64,000 nt of DNA, taken from a virus. This document shows positions 48,508 through 57,197 of this stretch, piece by piece. Below the pieces are notes generated by a model. That model was not told where the DNA came from. It searched no databases and was given only the letters and a program-made list of their open reading frames with translations. The first letter of the stretch is position 1; each line of letters starts with the position of its first letter. The position numbers and the translations under genes were made by a program. The stretch is from positions 28,988 through 92,987 of the IMG/VR virus record IMGVR_UViG_3300037258_001195. One strand, given 5' to 3'.

Positions 48508-48509
48508 AA

Positions 48510-48731
48510 ATGTCAGACGTGATTTGCCGACTTCCAAATGGATGCACATTATATAAAGAACGCAACGGGGTAGGAGGACATAGATATTGGTCAGACGAAG
48601 TTGGTGGTGGTGTCATGATATGGGATACTTGTCTAGTTGATCCAACAACATTGCTAACTGCAATAGTCGAAGAACATAAAGCAATGCTAGAGGGAAAACT
48701 AAATCCTACAACCTTTGATCTAAAGGAATAA
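48510..48731 (+). CDS. AT-rich hypothetical protein
   Basis: GAGGTG RBS. Confidence 0.55.
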   Translation: MSDVICRLPNGCTLYKERNGVGGHRYWSDEVGGGVMIWDTCLVDPTTLLTAIVEEHKAMLEGKLNPTTFDLKE

Positions 48732-48737
48732 CAAAAG

Positions 48738-49778
48738 ATGCCCAGCCTCCTAGACCAAACCTCCGAATCTGCCAAAATCCTCTACGTGGGTGATTCCGGA
48801 CATGGAAAAACCGGCTCCAAAGCTGCCTTAGTCGCAATCGGCTATAAGCTTCGCATGGTCGACACTGACAACGGATTTAAAATCCTCCGCAGCCTCTTGA
48901 CCGACGACGAACACTACCCCTATGCAAGCTGGATGAAAAAGGCTGGAATCGACCCGACCGAACCGGGCCGAATCAGCTATATCCCCATCGACGTCCCAAT
49001 CGACGTCCAAGATCGAAACGTGCAACGAAAGTCCGGGAATGTCTCCTATTCCGTCCTCGCCCCTGCCAGCTCGCGAGCCTGGAACACCGTCGTCAATCTC
49101 CTCAACAAAGGTTGGATCGACGACGGCAAAAATCTCGGCCTAATCACGGACTGGGACAACGACACAATCCTAGATTTCGACACCCTTTCGTCGCTTGCCG
49201 AACTCGCCCACTACTGGAACCAAGACATGAACGGCCGCCTTGGCGCCCTAGAGGACGATCATGGTCGCGACGCCGGGGCGGCGCAGGAACTAATCCGCCG
49301 CCTCATGCTCAAACTAACCTCTCCGACCGTCCGATGCAACGTAATCGTCACAACCCACATCACCTGGACCGACGTCTCACGGGGCGCGGCCCTCAGCCCG
49401 CGGCAGTTGATGGAGGACAAAAAGCCGGTCGAACTTCGTGGCTTTCCATCCGTAATTGGTCGCGCCCTCGGGCCGGTCCTCGGAAAGCGGTGGAACGACC
49501 AGTTCATCTGCGCCCGCGACGGAGACGGACGAAACGCCACTCGCCGAATTTATTCCGTCCCAACCAACAACGTCGACGCTAAACACTCGGCCTGGGTAGA
49601 AGACTCATACCCGGTCGAAACTGGCCTGGCGTCGATCTTCTCGGCCCTTCAGTACAAGCCGGTTCCGACAGAATTTCTCGAACACGTTGCTGCGTTCAAC
49701 GCTGCGCGCAGCGACACAAGCCCTACGGAAAGCCCCAGCGGGAGCAAATCAAACCCCTTTGGTGGCTTTGGTAGATAG
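48738..49778 (+). CDS. AAA_24 / Sak4-like ATPase (single-strand annealing)
   Basis: ILYVGDSGHGKT, D.DNG, DTLS, NVIVTTH; lies between the exonuclease and SSB-like genes. Confidence 0.75.
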   Translation: MPSLLDQTSESAKILYVGDSGHGKTGSKAALVAIGYKLRMVDTDNGFKILRSLLTDDEHYPYASWMKKAGIDPTEPGRISYIPIDVPIDVQDRNVQRKSGNVSYSVLAPASSRAWNTVVNLLNKGWIDDGKNLGLITDWDNDTILDFDTLSSLAELAHYWNQDMNGRLGALEDDHGRDAGAAQELIRRLMLKLTSPTVRCNVIVTTHITWTDVSRGAALSPRQLMEDKKPVELRGFPSVIGRALGPVLGKRWNDQFICARDGDGRNATRRIYSVPTNNVDAKHSAWVEDSYPVETGLASIFSALQYKPVPTEFLEHVAAFNAARSDTSPTESPSGSKSNPFGGFGR

Positions 49779-49825
49779 GAAGGGGAATTCTCCCCAGCCT
49801 AGTTTAAACAGAGGACTTTAAAACA

Positions 49826-50320
49826 ATGGCTGACGAACCTGTTGATTTTCGTGACCTGCTCTCGAAGCCCCTCGGCGATTTTCCCGACCGGCCCAACCTT
49901 CCCGGCGCAAAGTCGTTCTACGGGAAGCTCCTATCACTTGGCGCGGGAGTCTCCGCGCAGAAAGGCACGCCGCATTTCCGCTTCACGGTCCGCCTCACCG
50001 ACGGCGGCCAGGATGTAAAGTCGACGGACCTGGAAAAGATCGCTGCGGCGGGATTTTCGCTCGCCGACTATGAGGTCTACTCCGACTTCTGGCTTACCCC
50101 CAATAGTATGCCGATGCTTCGCAGCTTCCTCGTCTCCCTGGGCTTCCCCGAAAACGCGACCTTCAAGGAAGTCCTGAAGCTCAACGACTTCGGCGAGCCA
50201 ACCTCGGACTCACAGGAAGCCATTCGCGGCCTGGACGTTATTGTCCGAACCCAGAATGCCGACGAGAACGGGCGCGTGTACGCGAAGCTCGACCGGATCG
50301 CTGGGAAGAAAAGCAGCTAA
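49826..50320 (+). CDS. SSB-like protein (DUF669-like)
   Basis: RP.LP, S.QKGTP, FWLT..S..ML..FL; follows the Sak4-like gene. Confidence 0.55.
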   Translation: MADEPVDFRDLLSKPLGDFPDRPNLPGAKSFYGKLLSLGAGVSAQKGTPHFRFTVRLTDGGQDVKSTDLEKIAAAGFSLADYEVYSDFWLTPNSMPMLRSFLVSLGFPENATFKEVLKLNDFGEPTSDSQEAIRGLDVIVRTQNADENGRVYAKLDRIAGKKSS

Positions 50321-50408
50321 GAAACCTAAGAGGCGCAGGCGGAAGGAGATCGGAGTTTCAGCTCTAATCTTCCTCCGCCGCGCACAATTCCTACGAGGAC
50401 AAACCCCA

Positions 50409-50678
50409 ATGCCCAAATCCAAAGACATAACCCGACTCGTCCCGCGAAACATAGACCAAGATGAATCCAAGTCTGATCGATTTCGCCGCCTCGCGAACCA
50501 GCGATTTCGAGTCCTAAAGGCCGCCATGACTCGTATGGGGCGCCTCAGCGGACCATCCTACGACGCCTCAACCGAACAGATCGACAAACTCATCGAGGCC
50601 CTAACGAGAGAGTTCGACTTCATGATCGCCCAATTGCATCGGAAGGTGGACAGCGACGCCCCCGACGATCTTTTCTAG
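50409..50678 (+). CDS. Small helical hypothetical protein ending DDLF
   Basis: ESK.DRF.RLA..R pattern; GAGG RBS. Confidence 0.65.
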   Translation: MPKSKDITRLVPRNIDQDESKSDRFRRLANQRFRVLKAAMTRMGRLSGPSYDASTEQIDKLIEALTREFDFMIAQLHRKVDSDAPDDLF

Positions 50679-50702
50679 GAGACAACCCTGAATCTCAACC
50701 TC

Positions 50703-50732
50703 GGCCCGTCAGATTCGCTCTGCGGGCCATTT
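50703..50732 (+). terminator. Possible terminator hairpin
   Basis: GGCCCG(T)CAG/CTGCGGGCC followed by ATTT. Confidence 0.35.
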
Positions 50733-50748
50733 GGGGTAAGAGGCCAAT

Positions 50749-52173
50749 TTGGGGGACGAAGACGTGGTAAAAACAGTTGCGATAGATGATATAATAATTC
50801 GCCCCAACCGGCAAAGAAAGACCACCAAGGACGTCGACCCTCAATTCATCGCAAGCGTTAATCGGCGACTAATCAACCCCATTATCCTTATATCTCAACC
50901 CGACGGCATTGTCCTTTGTGCCGGCGAGCGACGACTAATTGCCCTTCGCGCCGGAAGCGTAACAGACCTAATTGAAAACGTCCATTTCCGCTTCTTCGCT
51001 GACCTCAATTCCGACGAAGCGGAAATTATCGAACTTGAAGAGAACGTGAAACGCGAGGATCTACATTGGCGCGATCATGTTGCCGCTGTAGGACGAATCC
51101 ATGCGATCTTCAAAGCTCGCGATGAAACCTGGACCGACCGAAAAACCGCCCAAGAGATTAATACCTCCCGGACAAGCATTAAAGAACATCTGATGATCTT
51201 TCGAAATCTCGACAACACGGCCCTCCGCGATGCAACTGGGACCAAACAAGCCTATTCTATCCTTCAAGGGATTGCCGAGCGCCGAACGGTCTCAATCGTG
51301 CAGGCGGTGACCAAGGTCGGTAGCGAAATTTTCGACATAAAGGCGCAAAGTAATGACCCGAGCGGGAATAATAGTCCAAGTCCTATTCCTAATTCTAATC
51401 CTAGTCATACTTCCCGGCTTAGCTCTCCTATCCCATCATCTCCTATCCCGCCTGATATCCCGCCTATGCCAGACAAAGAGCCCGAACCATCAATCCTAAA
51501 CACGGATTTTATAAAATGGATCTCAGGCTACTCGGGTGACAAATTCACCTTAATTCACTGTGACTTCCCGTATGACGTCAAATACGATTCCTATGCAAAG
51601 AGTATCTCGTCCGTGACCGACGATTATGACTTCTCTGGCTTCTGGCCCCTGATAGACGCCCTGTGTGGCAATCTCGACAAGATAATGTCCTATTCTGCCC
51701 ACATGATGTTCTGGTTTTCCATGAAATTCTACGAACAAACCAAAGGTCGATTGGAAAAAGCCGGCCTTTATGTCCACGATCATCCTTTTGTCTGGCAAAA
51801 AACCGACAACGCTGGAATTATCCCCGGGCGAGATGGTATTTTCCCGCGCCGCATTTACGAAACTGCATTTCTCTGTTCTCGTGGTCGCCGCCCGCTCGTT
51901 AAGTCCTTAGCAAACTGCTACGGCGCCCCGATGCAGTCGAATTCCATCCATCCCTCCACCAAGCCTGTCCCCGTGCTCAAGCATTTTTTTGCTATGCTCA
52001 TTGACGAAACTACTGATGTTCTAGACCCAACTGCAGGCAGCGGAAACAGCTTAATCGCCGCGGAGGACATGGGCGCGCGAAAGATCCTCGGACTAGAAAT
52101 CAATCCGACCTACGCAACCGCCGCACAAAGCGCGCTAGAGCGGTTTCGGGTTATGAGAAAGATCAGCAAATGA
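50749..52173 (+). CDS. ParB-like domain fused to an N6/N4 DNA methyltransferase
   Basis: LINPI..AGERRL.A..ELEEN..R; DFPY, HPS.KP, VLDPTAGSG. Confidence 0.85.
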   Translation: MGDEDVVKTVAIDDIIIRPNRQRKTTKDVDPQFIASVNRRLINPIILISQPDGIVLCAGERRLIALRAGSVTDLIENVHFRFFADLNSDEAEIIELEENVKREDLHWRDHVAAVGRIHAIFKARDETWTDRKTAQEINTSRTSIKEHLMIFRNLDNTALRDATGTKQAYSILQGIAERRTVSIVQAVTKVGSEIFDIKAQSNDPSGNNSPSPIPNSNPSHTSRLSSPIPSSPIPPDIPPMPDKEPEPSILNTDFIKWISGYSGDKFTLIHCDFPYDVKYDSYAKSISSVTDDYDFSGFWPLIDALCGNLDKIMSYSAHMMFWFSMKFYEQTKGRLEKAGLYVHDHPFVWQKTDNAGIIPGRDGIFPRRIYETAFLCSRGRRPLVKSLANCYGAPMQSNSIHPSTKPVPVLKHFFAMLIDETTDVLDPTAGSGNSLIAAEDMGARKILGLEINPTYATAAQSALERFRVMRKISK

Positions 52174-52379
52174 CCCTAGATCAACTAATCCAAGCTTGTA
52201 TCGCAAAGAAAGTCGGCAATAAAGAGTTCGCCCTATTCTTCATCCCTCCCGATTGGAGTGCTGACATAGGAAATCCGACTTCAGTGGTTATGCTGGGAGA
52301 AGCGCGGGGGGAAATATGTAGTGACGAGCACCCGACAGCAATCGCAGCAGTCGCACAACTATTGGAACGAATTCCATGA
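52170..52379 (+). CDS. Hypothetical protein
   Basis: ATGA-coupled at both ends. Confidence 0.55.
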   Translation: MTLDQLIQACIAKKVGNKEFALFFIPPDWSADIGNPTSVVMLGEARGEICSDEHPTAIAAVAQLLERIP

Positions 52380-52417
52380 AGGTCGTTCTCGTCGCAGAGG
52401 CCTGGGGACGCCGATGA
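52376..52417 (+). pseudogene. Orphaned 5' stub of the UDG-exo gene (MKVVLVAEAWGRR*)
   Basis: 11/13 aa identical to the N-terminus of 52842-54140. Confidence 0.85.
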
Positions 52418-52851
52418 AAGAAATAATATTATCCAATGGGTTAATAGCTCTCGTCGATGACGATGACTATTCTCGACTTAGTAACTTTAGTTGGTTTGCG
52501 ATGCCACGACGTAATACAAATCATGCCGCACGTAAAGATAATAGTGGATGGGGAAAATACAGATACCGTAAGAATATATACATGCATACAGATGTTATGG
52601 GAATAACTCCAGATAATCTAGTATTGGATCATATAGATAGAAATGGGCTAAATAATCAAAAAGCCAATTTGCGATTCGTAACATACAGCCAAAATGCTGT
52701 AAATTCAGAGCGAAATGAAAGGGGACACATAGAGCGTCATGGTCGAAAATGGAGAGTTCGCGTGAAGCGTGAAGGAATTAGAATAGAGATTGGATCATTC
52801 TATACACATGAATCTGCAACCAAAGCTCTAGAGGACTTTCTATGCGAGTAG
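52414..52851 (+). mobile_element. Free-standing HNH homing endonuclease (HNH plus AP2-like domain)
   Basis: ALVDDDDY, YMH, DHIDRNGLNNQKANLR, KWRVRV..IGSF; AT-rich. Confidence 0.88.
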
Positions 52852-54140
52852 TACTTGTTGCGGAAGCATATGGACGCCGCGAAGCCCAGTTTCAACACGC
52901 GCTGGTTGGTCCATCTGGCCGCGAACTAACCCTCGAAATGGCAATCGCCGGCTTCGCGCCCTATATGACCCTCCTATGCCGAAAGTGCAGCAAGACCTCT
53001 CAATTCATCGACGGTTTTTGCGAGCATTGCCGCGAGTACATATGGCCGAATGAATTTGACTTAATCGCCCATTGGAAACGTCTTAAGGAAATTTTAGGCT
53101 TCCACGTCACAAATGTATTTAATTTCCAGCCACCAAGCATCTGCTCGAATTGCGGCGCTCTCGGATCGGCAATTCGCTTCGGCACCGCCCCCAAGTGCAA
53201 AGACTGTGGCTCGAAAGAAATCCGCGAAAACGACCTGTCGAGCCTCTTCGGAACCGAAATCGAAACCCCCCTCGTTGGTTGGCGCGCCCCGAAGCGGACT
53301 GGAAGCCACCTCAAACGAGAGTATTTCTTCCACATTGAACGGCTTTGGAAAGAATTGAAGAGCCTCAACCCAAATCTCGTCGTTGCTCTCGGCAATTGTC
53401 CCTGCTGGGCAATTCTCGACCAACCTGGCATCACCGCGGCACGCGGAACAATCTCGACCTCAGAGCGCCTCGGCTTTAAGGTTCTTCCGACATTTCATCC
53501 CGCTGCCGTCCTCCGGAACACGGCCCTCCGCGCGACCTGTATCGCCGACTTCCAAAAAGCCGCCCGCGAGGCTGAATTTCCCGAAATTCGTCGCCAGGAG
53601 CGCTGGATTGAAATAATCGACCCTACTGAAGAAGGAATTCGTCGTGGATACGAATGGTTTAAAAAGCCTGCCCGAGCCTACGCAAACGATATTGAGACTC
53701 ATAAGCGACAAATTACCATTGTTGGATTCGCACGCTCCGTCGACGATGCGCTTGTCATTCCCCTTAGAGTCGAACCTCCAAGGGCAAAACTTAAAAATTC
53801 TGATGGAAAGCTTGTCGCCAACCCAAATTATGAGGCTGAACTCCTTTCGTTCGAGCCGAACTACTGGCCGACGCCAGAATTAGAAGCCAAAGCCTGGAAG
53901 CTAATTCAACACGGCTTGCAGACTCCTCAGCCGAAGATATTCCAGAACGGACTTTACGACATGAGCTATGAGCTTCTTCTCGGCCTTCAGCCCGTCAATG
54001 CCATCCACGACACGATGCTTTGGCACCATTCTCTGTATCCTGAATTGCCAAAGTCACTTGGCTTCCTCGGGTCCATCTATTGCGCAGAAATTGCATGGAA
54101 GAGTATGAGACGTGGTGAGACATTAAAAAGGGATGAATAA
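52842..54140 (+). CDS. Uracil-DNA-glycosylase-like domain plus the N-terminal part of the DNA polymerase 3'-5' exonuclease
   Basis: EAYG..E, VGPSG, TNV, VVALG, TFHPAAVLR; ExoI DIET, ExoII QNGLYD, HDTML, KSLGFLGS. Confidence 0.85.
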   Translation: MRVVLVAEAYGRREAQFQHALVGPSGRELTLEMAIAGFAPYMTLLCRKCSKTSQFIDGFCEHCREYIWPNEFDLIAHWKRLKEILGFHVTNVFNFQPPSICSNCGALGSAIRFGTAPKCKDCGSKEIRENDLSSLFGTEIETPLVGWRAPKRTGSHLKREYFFHIERLWKELKSLNPNLVVALGNCPCWAILDQPGITAARGTISTSERLGFKVLPTFHPAAVLRNTALRATCIADFQKAAREAEFPEIRRQERWIEIIDPTEEGIRRGYEWFKKPARAYANDIETHKRQITIVGFARSVDDALVIPLRVEPPRAKLKNSDGKLVANPNYEAELLSFEPNYWPTPELEAKAWKLIQHGLQTPQPKIFQNGLYDMSYELLLGLQPVNAIHDTMLWHHSLYPELPKSLGFLGSIYCAEIAWKSMRRGETLKRDE

Positions 54141-54723
54141 AATGCCGAGATATGGATGGCGTAAAAGCTACGCTAAAATTTGCTCTATTGATGGATGTAA
54201 CGATGCCGTAAAATATAAAGGCATGTGCGGAATGCACTATAAACGACAATGGCGTCATGGAGATGTTAATATTTCACTAATTCCACACGAATTTACTGAC
54301 CGACATGTATGTGACGTTGATAGTTGTCAAGAATTACAATATGCTAGTAATTCTCCATATTGTAAGAAGCATTATTTACGTCTGTATAGGTTTGGTAGAT
54401 TGCATAATATAAAAAACGGATATGGCGAAAGTAAAGTTAGACATAAAGCAGCTGGTGGATATTGGGAGATAAACGATGAAGAAGGAAGAAAGATATATGA
54501 GCACGTTTGGTTAGCTGAAAAAGCACTGGGAAAGAAGCTACCATCAGGTGCTATAGTTCATCATATGAATAAAGATCGAGGTGACAATGATACACCATTC
54601 AATCTAATAGTTTGTCCTAATCAAGCATATCATCTACTATTACATAAACGAATGCGAGATTTAGGATATATCGGAGATCTCTTGGAAACAAATGAGACGT
54701 GGCGAGACCCTAAAGCGGGATGA
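54133..54723 (+). mobile_element. Free-standing HNH homing endonuclease with two N-terminal Cys/His repeats
   Basis: C..DGC..C..HY.R x2, EH...AE..LG, VHHMNKDRGDN..NL; AT-rich. Confidence 0.85.
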
Positions 54724-54727
54724 ATAA
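54674..54727 (+). pseudogene. Orphaned 3' end of the UDG-exo gene (EISWKQMRRGETLKRDE*)
   Basis: 15/17 aa identical to 54087-54140. Confidence 0.85.
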
Positions 54728-54956
54728 AATGAAAAATTGGCTAAAATTTGAATATGGTACGTATATAAATGGAATAGAATGGAAGACGGAAGGAATGGTA
54801 TACATAGACCCGGCAGCTATATCTTCAGTTATGGAAATATCACGACACTTTCCAAATGCGACAGGCTGTTGTATATATTTAGGATATTCAGGCAAACAAT
54901 ACGCTGTTCGCGAATCCATCAGCGCTGTTATGGCTGAAATTCAGTCCGCACTTTAG
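54720..54956 (+). CDS. Small hypothetical protein (FlbD-like pattern)
   Basis: VYIDP..ISSV.E...V.ES...V. Confidence 0.5.
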   Translation: MNKMKNWLKFEYGTYINGIEWKTEGMVYIDPAAISSVMEISRHFPNATGCCIYLGYSGKQYAVRESISAVMAEIQSAL

Positions 54957-54976
54957 TTGAGAAAGGACGACCCGAC

Positions 54977-55510
54977 ATGACAATCCTCTCTGCCCAGTCA
55001 ATTCGACTCTTAAGTCGTCTATCAAAGACTGATACATCATATATGTACCTACACACGAGAGGGGGAAAAGTCACATTTAGACCTGGTAAACCTCTCATTA
55101 CTCCCTTTGTCGAGCGCGGCGTGAAGAACGGACGATCTTTCGGCCTTTCTGCCTGCTCCTATGATTGTCGAATTGCTGATGGTCTCGTCATTCCCGTCGG
55201 CCAATCGCGCCTCGCAAGCACAATGGAGCGATTCTGTCTACCCAACAACATCTGCGGCTCAGTGTTGGACAAATCAACCTGGGCCAGAAAGTTCCTCTCG
55301 GCCTTTAATACCCATTTGGACCCCGGCTGGGAAGGCTTCCTAACGGTGGAGTTAACTAACCTTGGTTCCGAAGCCGCATTTTTCGAGCCAGGCGATTCAT
55401 TGGTCCAAATAAAGTTCGAGTGGCTCGATGAACCAACGAACCTTCCATATTCAGGAAAATATCAAGCCCAGGAAGCTGGTCCACAAGGGCCGCGAAGTGA
55501 GCAGACCTGA
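54977..55510 (+). CDS. dcd: dCTP deaminase
   Basis: SFGLS..SYD, DKSTWAR, NT.LDPGWEGFLTVEL, Y.GKYQ.Q. Confidence 0.88.
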   Translation: MTILSAQSIRLLSRLSKTDTSYMYLHTRGGKVTFRPGKPLITPFVERGVKNGRSFGLSACSYDCRIADGLVIPVGQSRLASTMERFCLPNNICGSVLDKSTWARKFLSAFNTHLDPGWEGFLTVELTNLGSEAAFFEPGDSLVQIKFEWLDEPTNLPYSGKYQAQEAGPQGPRSEQT

Positions 55511-57018
55511 TGCCTCTAATTGCCGCCCATGAAACGAACATTTCCGCCGGAACCCAGACCATTTACAACGGTTTCGACTGTGCCCTAACGTTTCAGATCG
55601 ATGAGGTCCGCCAGAACCTTCACGCCAACGACACCCTAATCTATGATTTCGAACGGGCTATGCAGGGTTCCGCACTAGAAATGTCCCTGCGCGGTTTTCG
55701 TGTCGACATCGACGAACGGGAGCGGGCGATCATCTCGACACGTTCCCGCCGCAACGACTACAGCTATGTGTTGCAGAAGATTCTTGAGGCAATTCCCGGT
55801 AATTGGACTGATAAGCTCGCGGGCTCCCCAACTCAACTTCAAGCCCTGTTCTACGACACCATGAACCTTCCACAATTCCCCAAATTCGTCAACGGCGAGC
55901 GCAAGCTCCCAATGAACCGAGAAACGTTGGAGAAAATCCAGCTAACCGACCCCTGGGCCGACGTCCTAATCAACACAATCCTCTGGAGCCGAGACCTCTC
56001 AAAGACGCTCCAGGTCCTTGAAACAGAAATTCGCGCCGACGAAAGCCGGTTTCCCGGCGACTTAAATTGGCGCTGGCACTGTTCCTACAACATCGGGGGA
56101 ACAACAACAGGGAGGTGGAGTTCCAGCAAATCCCCCTTCGGAGACGGAAATAACTTCCAAAATGTCAGTGAGGAACTTCGCCGTGTTTTCATTCCTGACC
56201 CAGGCTTTAAACTCTATGGGATTGACAAAGCGCAAAGCGAAGCCCGAGATGTCGGGTGGTTTTGCGGTCTTGTTTTCGGAGATTGGAGTTACTTGGACGC
56301 CTGTGAGTCTGGCGACCTCCACACAAACGTCACCAAACTCCTTTATCCTGAGTGGTCCTGGACCGGGGACGCTAAACGGGATCGTCAAATTGCCGAACGG
56401 CGATTCTATCGACTATTCACTTACCGTGACGCGTCGAAGCGCCTCGGACATGCCACAAATTACCTGGTTACACCGGCTGAAGCCTCCCGACAAATCAGAA
56501 TTCCATTAAATCTCGTTGAGGAATTCCAGCGCCGATATTTCGCTGCCTTCCCCTGCATTCGGATGATGCATGACTGGGTATCGAGCGAACTCCAAAGGAA
56601 GCGATATCTCGTCAATTCCTTTGGCCGCCGGCGAGATTTTTTCGACCATCCCAAGAGTCGAGAAACTTTAAAGGGCGCAATCGCCTATTTGTTTCAGTCC
56701 GCTACCGGCGACTGCCTCAACCTGGGCCTTTATCGACTTTGGACTCGCATGAAGGGTCGAATTGAAATCCTCTCCCAGCTCCACGACGCGGTCTATTTTC
56801 AGGCCCCGATTTCAAAGAGCGACGCCGAAGAACAGGAACTTCTCCGCGAGTGTATTGATTGCATCGAGGTCGAACAAACTACAACCCGAAACGGGGGGCG
56901 GAAGATGAAAATCCCTGGAGACATCGTTGGGGGTTTTAATTGGGCTCATAGGTTTAGATTTGGCGGTAAAGATGACTGGAATCCAAAAGGTCTTGATGGA
57001 ATAAGGATCGCGGCATGA
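55510..57018 (+). CDS. Family A DNA polymerase (ExoIII plus polymerase domain)
   Basis: YNGFD, SPTQL, TTTGRWSSS, NFQN, motif A DKAQSEAR, GDLH, motif B K...H..NY, motif C HDA. Confidence 0.92.
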   Translation: MPLIAAHETNISAGTQTIYNGFDCALTFQIDEVRQNLHANDTLIYDFERAMQGSALEMSLRGFRVDIDERERAIISTRSRRNDYSYVLQKILEAIPGNWTDKLAGSPTQLQALFYDTMNLPQFPKFVNGERKLPMNRETLEKIQLTDPWADVLINTILWSRDLSKTLQVLETEIRADESRFPGDLNWRWHCSYNIGGTTTGRWSSSKSPFGDGNNFQNVSEELRRVFIPDPGFKLYGIDKAQSEARDVGWFCGLVFGDWSYLDACESGDLHTNVTKLLYPEWSWTGDAKRDRQIAERRFYRLFTYRDASKRLGHATNYLVTPAEASRQIRIPLNLVEEFQRRYFAAFPCIRMMHDWVSSELQRKRYLVNSFGRRRDFFDHPKSRETLKGAIAYLFQSATGDCLNLGLYRLWTRMKGRIEILSQLHDAVYFQAPISKSDAEEQELLRECIDCIEVEQTTTRNGGRKMKIPGDIVGGFNWAHRFRFGGKDDWNPKGLDGIRIAA

Positions 57019-57185
57019 CAATCAACGACATCATAGAAGAGATTGAATATCGGCTTGCAAATGCAAAAGAAGCAATGCGAGACAGTATAAGTGCGGGATA
57101 TAATTCACCCGGATTTAATCAAGACCTTGGAGGCCATGACACACTAACTGAACTTCTGTCTTGGATAAAAGAAGAAAACACGTAA
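57015..57185 (+). CDS. Small AT-rich hypothetical protein (56 aa)
   Basis: ATGA-coupled to pol; read by hand because it is below the ORF-track cutoff. Confidence 0.5.
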   Translation: MTINDIIEEIEYRLANAKEAMRDSISAGYNSPGFNQDLGGHDTLTELLSWIKEENT

Positions 57186-57197
57186 AAGGCCAAACTC

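Noticed and set aside
52376-54727. HNH genes as group I intron or intein passengers
   Set aside because: No room for a ribozyme core, no intein motifs, and the host gene is already intact through the duplicated termini
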